64,000 nucleotides of DNA, from assembly GCA_963836235.1 (NCBI GenBank), contig CAWIIP010000005.1, positions 32,001 through 96,000 on the forward strand, written 5' to 3'. A model generated the notes under the pieces. That model searched no databases. It was not told the DNA's origin and saw nothing but the letters and a program-made list of their open reading frames with translations. This DNA is from an uncultured Pseudomonadota bacterium. Lineage in GTDB: Bacteria > Oederibacteriota > Muellerivitia > Muellerivitales > Muellerivitaceae. Each line of letters opens with the position of its first letter. Position 1 is the stretch's first letter. The position numbers and the translations under genes are program-made. Below are positions 38,842 to 49,930 of the stretch, in pieces.

Positions 38842-39753
38842 CTATTTTCTCAATTCGCCTTCGTAGTAAACCCACTTGGAATATTTAAATTGAACCCAAG
38901 TGGCCAGCATAATCACGATGAATAAAACCCAAGACAAAGCCGAAGCGTAACCCATTTGGTAATATTTGAAAGCTTTTTGATAAATATAAAGAACCATCAC
39001 CAAAGTGGAATCCGCCGGGCCGCCCAATCCATCAGTCATAACGTCTACTTGCGTAAAAATTTGAAAGGAACTGACAATGGAAATGATCAATTGAAAAAAC
39101 ATAACCGGCGAAAGACCAGGCAGGGTAACGGTTAAGAACTGTTGCCAACGATTCGCCCCGTCAATTTCAGCGGCTTCATAAAGTGCCGTGGGAATACCCT
39201 GGAGTCCGGCCAGATAAATGATCATGCTACCGCCGACTCCCCAAAGACTCATGATTACCAGTGCGGGCTTGCTCCAAACCTCGCTAGCCATCCACTTGGG
39301 GCAATCCGACATAGGAATGCCTGTCAAAAGGGAAATCATGTAGTTCAAAAGTCCGGAATCCGCGTTGAAAATCCATTTCCAAAGAACCGCAACGGCCACA
39401 CCCGCACCCACAACGGACGGAAGATAAAAAAGCGTCCTGTAAAGGCCAATCCCTTTTACCTTTTGGTTCATCAAGAGGGCCACCACAATGGACAAAACCA
39501 ATCCAGGAAGAACGGAAAGGATAGTGAAATAGGCCGTATTCCCCATGGCTTTCCAAAACCGCGGGTCATTGAAAAACATTTCTTTATAGTTGTCTAAACC
39601 CACAAACTGGATGGGAGTCAATATGTCCCATTTGCAGAAAGATAGGAAAAAAGCCGCCAATATGGGCCCACCCATAATAAAAACCATCCAAATCAAAAAA
39701 GGTATTAGGAAAATAAAAGCACTAATAGCTTCTTTACGTTCGGCGGATGTCAT
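38842..39753 (-). CDS. Carbohydrate ABC transporter permease (CUT1, MalF-like)
   Basis: FVGLDNY, LAGLQGIP..LYEAAEIDGA. Confidence 0.93.
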   Translation of the reverse strand: MTSAERKEAISAFIFLIPFLIWMVFIMGGPILAAFFLSFCKWDILTPIQFVGLDNYKEMFFNDPRFWKAMGNTAYFTILSVLPGLVLSIVVALLMNQKVKGIGLYRTLFYLPSVVGAGVAVAVLWKWIFNADSGLLNYMISLLTGIPMSDCPKWMASEVWSKPALVIMSLWGVGGSMIIYLAGLQGIPTALYEAAEIDGANRWQQFLTVTLPGLSPVMFFQLIISIVSSFQIFTQVDVMTDGLGGPADSTLVMVLYIYQKAFKYYQMGYASALSWVLFIVIMLATWVQFKYSKWVYYEGELRK

Positions 39754-39768
39754 TCTTCGTCGGTCTCC

Positions 39769-41061
39769 CTATTGAACTTGCGGCGGATTTTTTTCAAGCA
39801 AAGGTTTTAGATTTTCCATGGCTTGTTCGGCCGTTTCCGTTCCGTTCCAAACTTTATCCATCTCCGGGTTGATAATGCTGTCGTGGACTTCCAACCAGTT
39901 CTTGCACATGGGATTGTATTTCACGTACTTCATGGCTTCCAAAATCATTTTCTTATTTTTCGGGTCTTGACCATCGAGGAAAATGGGAGAATTTGATACC
40001 GACATGATGGCCGGTTGGGCCAGCCCAGTGGCCGCCAGTTTTTTCGCTCCCTCTTGGCCAGCGATATATTTCACTAAATCCCAAGCCTCTTTCTTGTTGG
40101 CCGAGGACTTTAATATCCCATAGCCCGATCCGCCCGAGGAAAATCCTCGGAAACCGCTTGGGCTTTTAGGCAACATGACCACATCCCAATTGAGATCCTT
40201 GGCTCGGCGGAAGGTGGGGGTCTTCCAGAGCCCCGAGAGGAACATCGCCACGGTTCCATTCGTGAACATGTCACCCGTGCCCATGCCGCCCATGGCCGTC
40301 AACCCCGAAGGCGGAAGCATGACTTTGTATTTGTTAATCAAGTCGGCGCGGAATTGGATTCCCTTGAGAGTGTTTGGATCTGTGGCAAAAGTCCACTTAG
40401 TGGGATGTTTCACGTCATCGGTAAAACTGCCGCCTGCGTCATAAACCCAGGCGTCAAAAAGTGGCCAATCTTCCACGTAGCCCCAACGGGTGACCTTGCC
40501 GGAAGCATCGGTTTTCATGACTTTCTTGCCAGCGGCCACGAATTGGCTCCAATCCCAATCGTCGGCGGGATAAGGAACGCCGGCCTCGTCAAAAGCTTTC
40601 TTGTTGTAGTAAACCACTCCAATAGGAGCCGTGTCCCGCGGAATGACATAAGTTTGGTTATCAACCGTATAACGGTCTATGACCTGGGGATAATAAGCAT
40701 TCAAGTCCAAATGGTCGGCTTGGATGTAAGGATTCAAGGGCTCCAAAGCCCCCCGCAAATAAAAGCTGACAAAATTATTGGCTTCCACAAAGATCACATC
40801 AGGGGCTTCCCCGCCAGCGATCTGAGTCAAAAGATGCTGAACGTAATCCGGAAATGCCGTGCGTTCCAAGACGGCGGTGACGCCAGGATGGGATTGGTTG
40901 TATTGGTTAATAAGATCAACGAGGATTTGATTTTCTTCGGGAGAACCCCAAGAAGAAACCCGGATTTTAGTCCCTCCGCCCTTGGAACATCCCGTCAAAA
41001 CAAAAGTTGTCGCAAGAATCAAACATACAAAACCAGCCAAAACCAACCGAAGATTTTTCAT
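39769..41061 (-). CDS. Sugar ABC transporter substrate-binding lipoprotein
   Basis: Lipobox LTGC, APDVI, YYNKKAFDEAG; GGAGG RBS before ATG at 41061. Confidence 0.9.
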   Translation of the reverse strand: MKNLRLVLAGFVCLILATTFVLTGCSKGGGTKIRVSSWGSPEENQILVDLINQYNQSHPGVTAVLERTAFPDYVQHLLTQIAGGEAPDVIFVEANNFVSFYLRGALEPLNPYIQADHLDLNAYYPQVIDRYTVDNQTYVIPRDTAPIGVVYYNKKAFDEAGVPYPADDWDWSQFVAAGKKVMKTDASGKVTRWGYVEDWPLFDAWVYDAGGSFTDDVKHPTKWTFATDPNTLKGIQFRADLINKYKVMLPPSGLTAMGGMGTGDMFTNGTVAMFLSGLWKTPTFRRAKDLNWDVVMLPKSPSGFRGFSSGGSGYGILKSSANKKEAWDLVKYIAGQEGAKKLAATGLAQPAIMSVSNSPIFLDGQDPKNKKMILEAMKYVKYNPMCKNWLEVHDSIINPEMDKVWNGTETAEQAMENLKPLLEKNPPQVQ

Positions 41062-41199
41062 GAAACCTCCCAAACAGGTACTGGGTGTCTTTTGTTGGAT
41101 GAAACGGAAAGGGCTCAAACGGTGTACAGTATGTCATAGCCCCCAATGGTCGTCAACGAAGAAAACCCCGCCACCTTTATTCGACGAGAATTTTTTTAA

Positions 41200-41213
41200 A
41201 GAAAGCGCTTGCT
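41200..41213. promoter_or_regulatory. Candidate LacI-family operator
   Basis: agaaagcgcttgct fits WGNAANCGNTTNCW, between divergent sugar ABC and GH3 genes. Confidence 0.35.
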
Positions 41214-41373
41214 AATACACGAACTCGGCAAGGTTCCCAATTCCTTCAAAATGACCACAAGAAAAAATGAATTTTTCTTTGTGGTTAAGATGGTTAGGTT
41301 AGAATTGTTGCTCGGTTTTCCCTGCAATCTTTTACCATTGCTGAAAACCTTCAATCTTTTAAAGGAAACATCA

Positions 41374-43656
41374 ATGAAAAACCAATTTGTTGCAATGGCA
41401 TTGTTGCTTTTATCAGCATCATCTTTAGTTGCGACTCAAAGCATTTCTTCTTCTAGTGCCAAGACACCTGCCAAACCCAAGGCTTCTCCAAGCCGTTCTC
41501 CTATCGATGCTAAAGTGAATGCCCTTTTGGCGAAAATGACCTTGGACGAAAAAATTGGCCAAATGGTTCAGTACGCGCCTTGGAAATCCACCGAAGACAA
41601 GATCAAGGGTGAAACAGCCCAAGGACAAGTCGGCTCCCTACTGAATGTATTCGGGGCGAAGAACGCCAATGAATACCAAAAAATCGCCGTCGATCAAACC
41701 CGCCTTCATATCCCTCTCTTGTTTGGTCTTGATGTAATCCACGGTTACAAAACCATCTTTCCCATTCCCTTAGCGGAAGACTGCGCGTGGAATCCAGATT
41801 TGCTCCAAAAATGCGCTGGCGTGGCTGCCCAGGAAGCCTCTGCGGCAGGCGTACGCTGGACTTTTGCTCCCATGGTAGATGTTTCTCGTGAACCCCGGTG
41901 GGGCCGCATTTCGGAAGGTTCGGGAGAAGATCCCACGCTAGGTTCGATTCTTGCCACCGCTCGAGTCCACGGTTTCCAGGGCCAGCATTTAAGTGATCCG
42001 GGTTCTATCGCGGCCTGCGCTAAGCATTTCGTGGGTTACGGCGCTCCTGTAGCCGGTCGGGAATACAACACCACCGACATGTCGGAAGTTACTTTGCGTG
42101 AAATCCACTTGCCTCCCTTTAAAGCCGCGGTGGAAGCGGGGGTGGAAACTTTAATGAGCGGCTTCAATGATCTCAATGGCGTGCCCGCTTCCGGAAACAA
42201 ACATACTCTTCGAGAGATCCTAAAAGGCGAATGGGGGTTCAAAGGTTTCGTGGTTTCCGACTGGGCTTCCGTCCAACAACTTGTTACGCATGGGTTCGCG
42301 ACCGATAACAAGGACGCAACCATGAAAGGAGTTTTAGCGGGCGTTGATATGGATATGCAATCCCACGTTTATGGTGATTACATCTCCGAGTTGGTAAAAG
42401 AAAAGAAAATTCCCCTACGATTAATAAATGACGCGGTACGCCGCATCCTCAAGGTGAAATACGAATTGGGGCTTTTCGATAACCCTTATGCCGACGAATC
42501 TAAGGAAGCCGACCTCACCCTGACCCAGGCCAATCTCGACCTAGCCCTCCAAGAAGCGGAGCAATCCATCGTTCTTTTAAAAAACGACAAGAATCTGCTT
42601 CCACTTTCGAAGAACCTGAAAGCCATTGCCGTTATTGGATCGCTTGCCAATTCCAAGCTCGATCCCCTGGGTTCCTGGCATTGTCGCGGCGAAGATGTTT
42701 TGGATAAGGTCACCACCGTTCTGGACGGCATCAAGTCCAAGGTTTCGCCTGATTGCAAGATCCTTTACGCCCCGGGGGTAGGCGTCACGACGGAAACAAC
42801 AACCGATAAATCCTTGACCGAAGCGGTTGACACCGCCAAAAAATCTCAAATAGCCATCGTCGTCGTTGGCGAAACCCAGAACATGAGCGGTGAAGCCGCC
42901 GCCCGCACCTCCCTCGATCTACCAGGCCGCCAGGAAGAGATGGTGAAGGCCCTCCAAGCAACGGGCGTACCAGTAGTCTTGGTCTTGATGAACGGACGCC
43001 CCCTCACCATTCCTTGGGAAGCGGAACATCTCCCCGCCATCGTGGAAAGCTGGTTTTTGGGAACCCAACAGGGGAACGCCTTAGCCAATATTCTTTTCGG
43101 CGACACGAATCCTTCCGGCAAGTTAGTGGTAACTTTCCCCCGCAACTTGGGACAAGTTCCCATTTACTACGCTCAAATGACCACGGGCCGCCCGAACATC
43201 GGGAAGGAAAAATGGGAATCAAGATATATCGATTCTCCCAATAGTCCGCAATTTCCTTTCGGCTTCGGCTTAAGCTATACACAGTTTGATTACAGCAACC
43301 TGGTTTTAAGCGATAAAACCCTTGGCCTCTCCGGCCTGTTGAAGATCACCGCCATGGTGAAGAATACGGGCGCCATCAAGGGAAGCGAAATCGTCCAGCT
43401 TTATATCCAAGATATCGCGGCTAACATTACCCAACCCATTCGAAAGCTGATGGATTTCAAACGCCTGACGCTAGAAGCCGGTGAAAGCCAATTGGTGGAG
43501 TTTGATCTTCCCGCCTCCAAACTCGGTTATTACAACGAATTGGGAAAATATGTCGTGGAACCCGGAAAATTCAACCTTTGGGTGGCCAAGGATTCCACCG
43601 ACAGCGCTTTGACAGACTCCTTCGAATTGACCGGAATTCTTAAAGCCGTCCATTAA
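41374..43656 (+). CDS. bglX: Periplasmic GH3 beta-glucosidase (BglX-like)
   Basis: Signal peptide MKNQFVAM..., DVIHG, PRWGRISEG, CAKHF, GFVVSDW (nucleophile), Fn3-like C-terminus. Confidence 0.9.
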   Translation: MKNQFVAMALLLLSASSLVATQSISSSSAKTPAKPKASPSRSPIDAKVNALLAKMTLDEKIGQMVQYAPWKSTEDKIKGETAQGQVGSLLNVFGAKNANEYQKIAVDQTRLHIPLLFGLDVIHGYKTIFPIPLAEDCAWNPDLLQKCAGVAAQEASAAGVRWTFAPMVDVSREPRWGRISEGSGEDPTLGSILATARVHGFQGQHLSDPGSIAACAKHFVGYGAPVAGREYNTTDMSEVTLREIHLPPFKAAVEAGVETLMSGFNDLNGVPASGNKHTLREILKGEWGFKGFVVSDWASVQQLVTHGFATDNKDATMKGVLAGVDMDMQSHVYGDYISELVKEKKIPLRLINDAVRRILKVKYELGLFDNPYADESKEADLTLTQANLDLALQEAEQSIVLLKNDKNLLPLSKNLKAIAVIGSLANSKLDPLGSWHCRGEDVLDKVTTVLDGIKSKVSPDCKILYAPGVGVTTETTTDKSLTEAVDTAKKSQIAIVVVGETQNMSGEAAARTSLDLPGRQEEMVKALQATGVPVVLVLMNGRPLTIPWEAEHLPAIVESWFLGTQQGNALANILFGDTNPSGKLVVTFPRNLGQVPIYYAQMTTGRPNIGKEKWESRYIDSPNSPQFPFGFGLSYTQFDYSNLVLSDKTLGLSGLLKITAMVKNTGAIKGSEIVQLYIQDIAANITQPIRKLMDFKRLTLEAGESQLVEFDLPASKLGYYNELGKYVVEPGKFNLWVAKDSTDSALTDSFELTGILKAVH

Positions 43657-43664
43657 GGCTAATT

Positions 43665-44378
43665 ATGGGTTCGGTTAAAAAATGGGATGGTCAGCGCGAA
43701 ACCCTGGATGATCTTTCCGAAGCCACCCATTACAACGAATGGATTTACAAGATACTGAAGCCTTATGTTGGAACCCGCATTTTGGAGATCGGTTGTGGAA
43801 CCGGAAACCTGACGGGATACCTCCAAAAGCACGGCCCAGTTTTGGCAGTGGATTTTCACGCCGGGTATCTTCAGACGGCTCAAAAAAAGCTCAAGTTTCT
43901 TTCCGGCATAACTTATAAAAAAATTGATCTCGAAAAAAGTCTGACTTCCTTGCGCGCCTTTCATCCCGACACTCTCATTTGCGTTAATGTTTTAGAACAT
44001 CTCTCAAACGATCAGCAAGTTTTAAATCGATGTTTCCGCCTTCTGCCACCCGGCGGAAGACTTTTATTATTCGTCCCCGCTTTCCAATTTCTTTTCGGCA
44101 CCATGGACCTAAGTTACGGCCATTTCCGCCGCTATTCCCTTTCGGAGCTGAGGAATAAGATGGAAAGGACGGGATTCCAAGTCGACTATTGCCGTTACTT
44201 AAACTTATTGGGTGTTTTGGGTTGGTGGCTGAACGGAAAAATTCTCAAAAAGAAAATCATTCCCAAGTCACAGATGCTTCTTTACAACAAAGTAGTCCGG
44301 TACTCCTCAAAAATAGAAAAATTTCTTCCAAAACCATTAGGGCTTTCCCTTTTTTGCGTCGGCCAAAGGCCTAAGTGA
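43665..44378 (+). CDS. Class I SAM-dependent methyltransferase
   Basis: ILEIGCGTG, NVLEHL, GHFRRY. Confidence 0.9.
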   Translation: MGSVKKWDGQRETLDDLSEATHYNEWIYKILKPYVGTRILEIGCGTGNLTGYLQKHGPVLAVDFHAGYLQTAQKKLKFLSGITYKKIDLEKSLTSLRAFHPDTLICVNVLEHLSNDQQVLNRCFRLLPPGGRLLLFVPAFQFLFGTMDLSYGHFRRYSLSELRNKMERTGFQVDYCRYLNLLGVLGWWLNGKILKKKIIPKSQMLLYNKVVRYSSKIEKFLPKPLGLSLFCVGQRPK

Positions 44379-44475
44379 TTCCCTGGAAGAAAATTCGTTT
44401 TTATTTGCTCGTTGAATATTAATCTTATACAGTGAGGGCTAGCATTTCCTGACATATTACGCGCCTGGAAAAAAA

Positions 44476-45180
44476 ATGGTTTTTCAAAAACCTCGATCCT
44501 TATCCATCATTGTTCCCGTTTATAACGAAGAAAAAACCCTTCTCCAACTTTTAAAAAAAGTCCAGGCGGTTAAACTTTTGGGGCTCAAAAAGCAAATTAT
44601 TATTGTCAACGACGGCTCTACCGATAAAACTCCCCAAATTCTTAAAACCCTTAAGATTCCCGGCGGCAAGATCCTCCAACACGATAAAAACCGGGGTAAA
44701 GGTGCCGCCATCCGGACGGCCATTCCCCATACCACAGGCGACATCGTTATTATTCAGGACGCGGACCTTGAATATGACCCTTCCGACTACAAAACCGTCT
44801 TAGCCCCAATTTTGGACGGGTCAGCGGACGTCGTTTACGGTTCCCGCTTCAAGGGCATCCATCGGGCGTTTCTTTTCTGGCATTACGTTGGAAATAAATT
44901 TTTGACCTTTTTGACAAACCTCTTATATGACACTGTTTTGACCGACATGGAAACCTGTTACAAAGCCTTCCGAGGTGAAATTATCCGTTCCTTGCGATTA
45001 CGATCGAATCGTTTTGATTTCGAGCCTGAAGTCACCGCCAAAGTCCTGAAGCGCGGATGCAAACTTTTCGAGGTCCCGATTTCGTTTCGCGGACGTGGGT
45101 TTGAGGAAGGTAAGAAAATCACCTGGCGAGACGGTGTTGTGGCACTATATTGCCTTATTCGTTACCGCTTCTTGGATTGA
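44476..45180 (+). CDS. GT2 glycosyltransferase (polyprenol-phosphate sugar synthase-like)
   Basis: IVPVYNE, VNDGSTD, IQDADLEYDP, VYGSRF, DMETCYK. Confidence 0.92.
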   Translation: MVFQKPRSLSIIVPVYNEEKTLLQLLKKVQAVKLLGLKKQIIIVNDGSTDKTPQILKTLKIPGGKILQHDKNRGKGAAIRTAIPHTTGDIVIIQDADLEYDPSDYKTVLAPILDGSADVVYGSRFKGIHRAFLFWHYVGNKFLTFLTNLLYDTVLTDMETCYKAFRGEIIRSLRLRSNRFDFEPEVTAKVLKRGCKLFEVPISFRGRGFEEGKKITWRDGVVALYCLIRYRFLD

Positions 45181-45380
45181 TCGTCTCCCCCCCATTAGAA
45201 GATTTCGAGCCATTTCAAAAGCCCTGAATACAAGGGTTTTGCCTTCTTTTAAAGGTTCCTAATTTCCCTGTTAAAAAAACCTTTACAAGCTCATTTTGCG
45301 GGCAAAAACTCCTGTAAACATGTTATCTTTACTTCTCTTTCGACCGACCGCCGTGATTCAACTATGGAGCGAGGAAAATC

Positions 45381-46385
45381 ATGCCAAAAATTTCAAGGAA
45401 AAAAAGCTCACTCAAAAGCAAATCTGCGGCCAAACGAACCCCGCGCAAAGGATCAAGAAAAATATTATTCCTTTTCGTGATTTTGGGATTATTTATATCG
45501 GCAGATTTGATTTCGGTACTCTACAACAAATCCAACGAGGCCAAGATAATCACCGTTCAGAAAATTCAGGAATTCACCGGTGACAGCCAAGCTTCCGGAG
45601 CTTTCAAAGGCTGGGATATTTTAGCCCTTCCAAACGCCATAGCCCTGACGGACCAAGGCCAAAGCCGGATTCTCCTATTTGACCGACAGGGAAAATTTCT
45701 GAGTAAAATCGACCAAGACCAATCCGGCCCTCCTCCCTTCAAAGAACCTTCCTGTCTGACCGCCGATTCAAATGGAAATCTTTATGTAATGGATACCTGG
45801 AACACCATGATCCGCGGTTTCAACACCAAAGGAGATTCCATCCTCAAGCTTGACCTAAGCGCCAAAAGTTTTTATGGTCCCCGGGGTTTGGCTTGGGATA
45901 ACAACGCTTTCGTAATCGCCGATACCGGCAGTCATCGCGTCGCAAAGGTTTCACCGGATGGAACGGTCTCCGGGGCTTGGGGGAGCCGAGGGTCAGGCAA
46001 AGTCATGTTTAACAACCCTTATGAAGTCGCCACCGATGGCCACAGTAATTATTATGTGGTTGACCGGGATAATAACCGGATCGAAGTTCTTGATTCACAA
46101 GGCCGGTTTGTCCGCGAAATTCGCATTGGCGCTCCCCCAACGGCCGAAGCCATTGATCCAGAGCGCAAACTGCTTTATGTCTCTTCCATGGACGGACAGT
46201 TTGTTAAGGTTTTCGACTTGGATGGCAAATTCATTGGCAGCGTCTCTGAATTAGGTCAAAAGGGACAGCCCTTGACGGGAATCAACGCCCTCAGTGTTTT
46301 CCCGGATGGAGATATTTTGGCCCTTCGTGACGGAAGCCGGGTCCAAATTTACCACACTGTTCCCACACCCGAAAAGACACAATAG
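45381..46385 (+). CDS. Membrane-anchored NHL-repeat beta-propeller protein
   Basis: FKEPSCLTADSNGNLYVMDTWN, FYGPRGLA...IADTGSHRV, FNNPYEVA...VVDRDNNRI; single N-terminal TM. Confidence 0.88.
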   Translation: MPKISRKKSSLKSKSAAKRTPRKGSRKILFLFVILGLFISADLISVLYNKSNEAKIITVQKIQEFTGDSQASGAFKGWDILALPNAIALTDQGQSRILLFDRQGKFLSKIDQDQSGPPPFKEPSCLTADSNGNLYVMDTWNTMIRGFNTKGDSILKLDLSAKSFYGPRGLAWDNNAFVIADTGSHRVAKVSPDGTVSGAWGSRGSGKVMFNNPYEVATDGHSNYYVVDRDNNRIEVLDSQGRFVREIRIGAPPTAEAIDPERKLLYVSSMDGQFVKVFDLDGKFIGSVSELGQKGQPLTGINALSVFPDGDILALRDGSRVQIYHTVPTPEKTQ

Positions 46386-46548
46386 AGATTCTTAGCATGC
46401 TTGTCTTACCCTATGGAAAACCCTTGATCAGAATGTATCTGCCTAAACAATCTGTACTTTGCATTTTACAAAGTTGTCTATTGAATTCGAAAAGTTTGTT
46501 CTTCGATTTTTTTAATTCTTCATTAAATTTATCCCAAGAAAGTACACT

Positions 46549-47673
46549 GTGAGCTTTTTCAAGCAAGATTGCAAACACTTCACTGGTGAGAAACCTTGTG
46601 CCCCCCACAAGGCCGAAGGCGTAGTCTGCCAGGACTGCCCTCGGTATGACTCCGTCAAGGAGCGGGTTTTAATCATCAAATTGGATGCTGCGGGGGACGT
46701 TTTGCGCTCCACTTCTATCCTCCCCGCCTTCAAAACCGGCAACCCAGGGCTTTCAGTCTGGTGGGTGACGGAAAACTCCTCAAAACCTCTTTTGGAAAAA
46801 AATCCCTATATCGATGTCCTTTTGGGAATCGACTCTGTTCTTCCAAGCCTTCTTTCCACCGTTTCTTTCGGCCGCGCCTTCAATTTCGATATGGGTCGAA
46901 AAGCCGCGGCCATTTTGGCCATGGCCAACAGCCAAGACAAAAAAGGTTTTGGCCTTTCCCCGGAAGGTTCCGTTATTCCCCTGGAAAAGTCGGCCGAAAC
47001 CTGGTTTGAGATGGGCATTTTCGACACCATTAAGCGCGCCAACCAAAGAACTTACCAGGACCACTTATTCCAACTAGGTGGATTTAAATACCGGGGTGAA
47101 AAACCTCAATTGATCCTGACATCCAAGGAAAAAGAATGGGCCCAGGCTTTTGCCAAGAAAAACAAGCTTTCCAAGTTCAAAAAGATTGTGGGCCTCAACA
47201 TTGGATCAGGCGGACGTTGGCCCATGAAACGCTGGCGTTTGGACGGGTTTGAGTGGCTGGCTAAGGCGCTAAAGAAAAAACAGCCACAAGCCGGCATCCT
47301 GCTCTATGGCGGTCCGGAAGAAAAAAACTTGATGCCGGACCTCGCCAAAAAACTAAAAGGCCTTTGCCTGCCGACGGGCACGGAAAACACACTCCGCCAA
47401 TTTGCTTCCCTAGTGGGTTTGGTTGACGTTCTGGTGACGGGCGACACCCTGGCCTTGCACGTGGCGGTAGCCTTGCAAAAGCGGCTCGTGGCTTATTTTG
47501 GTCCCACTTCGGATACTGAAATCGACCTTTATGAAAGTGGGGAAAAAGTGCTTCCCGTCTCTCCTTGCCAATGTTATTACCAGAGTCAATGCACCGTGAA
47601 GATTTCCTGTATGGACAACTTGAAGGAAAAAGACATGCTGGCGGCGGTTTTAAGGCAACTAAAACAAAGCTAA
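46549..47673 (+). CDS. Glycosyltransferase family 9 with Cys-rich termini
   Basis: IIKLDAAGDVLRST, KRW, GDTLALHVAVAL, FGPT. Confidence 0.9.
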   Translation: MSFFKQDCKHFTGEKPCAPHKAEGVVCQDCPRYDSVKERVLIIKLDAAGDVLRSTSILPAFKTGNPGLSVWWVTENSSKPLLEKNPYIDVLLGIDSVLPSLLSTVSFGRAFNFDMGRKAAAILAMANSQDKKGFGLSPEGSVIPLEKSAETWFEMGIFDTIKRANQRTYQDHLFQLGGFKYRGEKPQLILTSKEKEWAQAFAKKNKLSKFKKIVGLNIGSGGRWPMKRWRLDGFEWLAKALKKKQPQAGILLYGGPEEKNLMPDLAKKLKGLCLPTGTENTLRQFASLVGLVDVLVTGDTLALHVAVALQKRLVAYFGPTSDTEIDLYESGEKVLPVSPCQCYYQSQCTVKISCMDNLKEKDMLAAVLRQLKQS

Positions 47674-47708
47674 ATACGAATTTCAGATCATTGAGAGCGA
47701 CTCCGCCA

Positions 47709-48437
47709 ATGAAGCTACTAAAAACCGTCATTATGGTTCCCACCTACAACGAAAGGGCCAATATTGCCGAATTGGTCAAACTGCTTCATAAAAGCGTTCC
47801 ACAGGCTGAAATTTTGGTCGTTGACGACTCGTCTCCCGACGAAACTTTCACGGAAGTTAAAAAATTAATGAAGAGAGACAAAAAGCTGCATTTGCTATTA
47901 AGGGATCGATCCATCAAAGGCAGAGGCTGGGCTGGTCGGGATGGATTTATGAAAGGTCTTTTAATGGGGGCTGACGCTATAGTGGAAATGGACGCCGACT
48001 TGTCCCATCAGCCGAAATTTATCCCTGCTATGTTGAAGCCCCTTCTTATCAAGGAAGCGGATGTCGTCATCGGGAGCCGTTATATGGAGGGCGGTAAAGA
48101 TATGGATCGCCCCTTTCACCGCCAATGGACCAGCAATTTTGCCCGCTATTATTTGAAATTTTTCTTGGGTTTAAGCCCGAAGGATCCTACTTCCGGATTC
48201 CGTGTTTTTTCAAAAGAAGCTCTTAGAAAAATCAAGGTTGAAACCCTAACAGCCCGCGATCCCTTCACGGTTTCTGAAATCTTGTACCGTTGTTCACGGG
48301 CGAAATTGAGGATAAAAGAAGTCCCGATTGAATTTATCGACCGGACCCGGGGCGAATCCAAATTACACCTTACTACTCTTTTAAAATACCTGGGCCGAGC
48401 CCTCTTACTCAGGCTTGGCCCTAATCCTCTCAACTGA
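47709..48437 (+). CDS. Polyprenol monophosphomannose synthase-like GT2
   Basis: VPTYNERANI, VDDSSPD, EMDADLSHQP, IGSRY, DPTSGFR, F.DRTRGESK. Confidence 0.88.
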   Translation: MKLLKTVIMVPTYNERANIAELVKLLHKSVPQAEILVVDDSSPDETFTEVKKLMKRDKKLHLLLRDRSIKGRGWAGRDGFMKGLLMGADAIVEMDADLSHQPKFIPAMLKPLLIKEADVVIGSRYMEGGKDMDRPFHRQWTSNFARYYLKFFLGLSPKDPTSGFRVFSKEALRKIKVETLTARDPFTVSEILYRCSRAKLRIKEVPIEFIDRTRGESKLHLTTLLKYLGRALLLRLGPNPLN

Positions 48438-48519
48438 TAAAACCAATCTTTAATTCCGTCAGGTAAAAAAATAAAGCAAAATTGTAGAAATAAAATTTTT
48501 CGTTTAAGTGCTGAAAATT

Positions 48520-49239
48520 TTATTTCTTGGCGGCGACATAATACTGAGCGCCCAAAGGAAGCCAGCTGAGGCCCCGATCAAACGAGCGGAAAAGACCGCC
48601 TCGAAAAGGAGTGAATAAAATATATTTCTTTTCAACGACCTCCACTGGCGCCTGCCCCATAAGTTTTTCCACCTGTCTCGTCCTCAAAAGAATGGCATCG
48701 TCATCCATATCACAGTTAGAAACCGCGATTTGAGTAAGGGGATTCCAGGGATTGTGCTCAAAAATGGCGATCAATCCCCCTTTTTTTGTCACCCGGGCCA
48801 TCTCACTAACAAATTGGCTCAGTCCATCCGGCATCACGTGATGCATAACGCAAATGGCAAAGGTGATATCCATGGATTGGGAAGGATAAGGAAGGATTTT
48901 CCCAGCGTAATGGCGGTAAGACCCTTGGGAATTCAATGCGGCAGCTTTCTGAACAACTCCCCGGCTTAAATCCACGCCATAAAGTTTACGGAAATACCTG
49001 ATTAAATAATAATCGGTGATCCCCACCCCACAGCCGACATCCAAAATTTTCAGTTTCGAGGGATCGCCTACATGCCGGCGCGTTAAATCCAGAAGATAGT
49101 CCGCTTTGACTTGGGTAAAAAAATCCAAATCCTGGCCGATAAATGATATTGACTCTTGGATTTCCTGACGATAAGTGTCTTTATAACGCTCAAATTCGAC
49201 TCGAGATGGAATGTCTAATTTAAAACGTTTGGAATTCAT
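48520..49239 (-). CDS. Class I SAM-dependent methyltransferase
   Basis: ILDVGCGVG, VMHHV, FEHNPWNPLT. Confidence 0.9.
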   Translation of the reverse strand: MNSKRFKLDIPSRVEFERYKDTYRQEIQESISFIGQDLDFFTQVKADYLLDLTRRHVGDPSKLKILDVGCGVGITDYYLIRYFRKLYGVDLSRGVVQKAAALNSQGSYRHYAGKILPYPSQSMDITFAICVMHHVMPDGLSQFVSEMARVTKKGGLIAIFEHNPWNPLTQIAVSNCDMDDDAILLRTRQVEKLMGQAPVEVVEKKYILFTPFRGGLFRSFDRGLSWLPLGAQYYVAAKK

Positions 49240-49456
49240 GCATTTTCCAATTTTAAGCGTTATTGAAATACTCGATGGGTATTTTAAACTGGGATAAGTT
49301 TATCATAACTACTTTAGGATCCAGGCAAAATTTCAAAACCGCTTTCTCAAAAACTCACCCGGTATTTTGAAAGTTTTCTCTATCCCGCGCCCATGGAAAA
49401 GAAGGCTCTATCAATTAACCGTGACTTCCTCCTTTTTTACTTTACTAAAAGTCATT

Positions 49457-49930
49457 TCAAAAACTTTTAAAGAACAATAGGTACATAGAACCACCATAGG
49501 TCTTCAATACCCGGTCATAGCGCACCAAGACACTCGGGAAATTGGCAATCAGCTGATAATTTGTTCCGCAACCACAGTTTCCGATACCGTTTGAGCATCT
49601 ATCCTGGTCGATAACCTTCCGGTTGTTGCGTCGGACCAGAATAATGGGTTGAATGCGCCTCCTCTTTAGAAGCTTTCGGACTTTATTGAAGTCGCATCCC
49701 CAGTCAGCGATCAGCCTTTCAGGTTTTCTCTCTACCACTTGGACTATCCAAGGTCACTTCCAGAAGCTTCACTTCCGACAGGGACGCTGAGTCCCGATAT
49801 GTTCGTAATGGAGCATCCGCGTCATCGACCAGAACCATACATTTTGTTCCTTTCCCCCTCTTGGTTTTCCTGATTTTAAAACACATTTTTTAGCCCGGAA
49901 AAAGGATCCGTCAAGGAAGCACTCAAATCC
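49457..49930 (-). mobile_element. Degenerate IS5-family transposase remnant
   Basis: Fragments ECFLDGSFFRAKK, KTKRGKGTKCMVLVD, ERLIADWGCD, LVRYDR in shifting frames. Confidence 0.75.
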
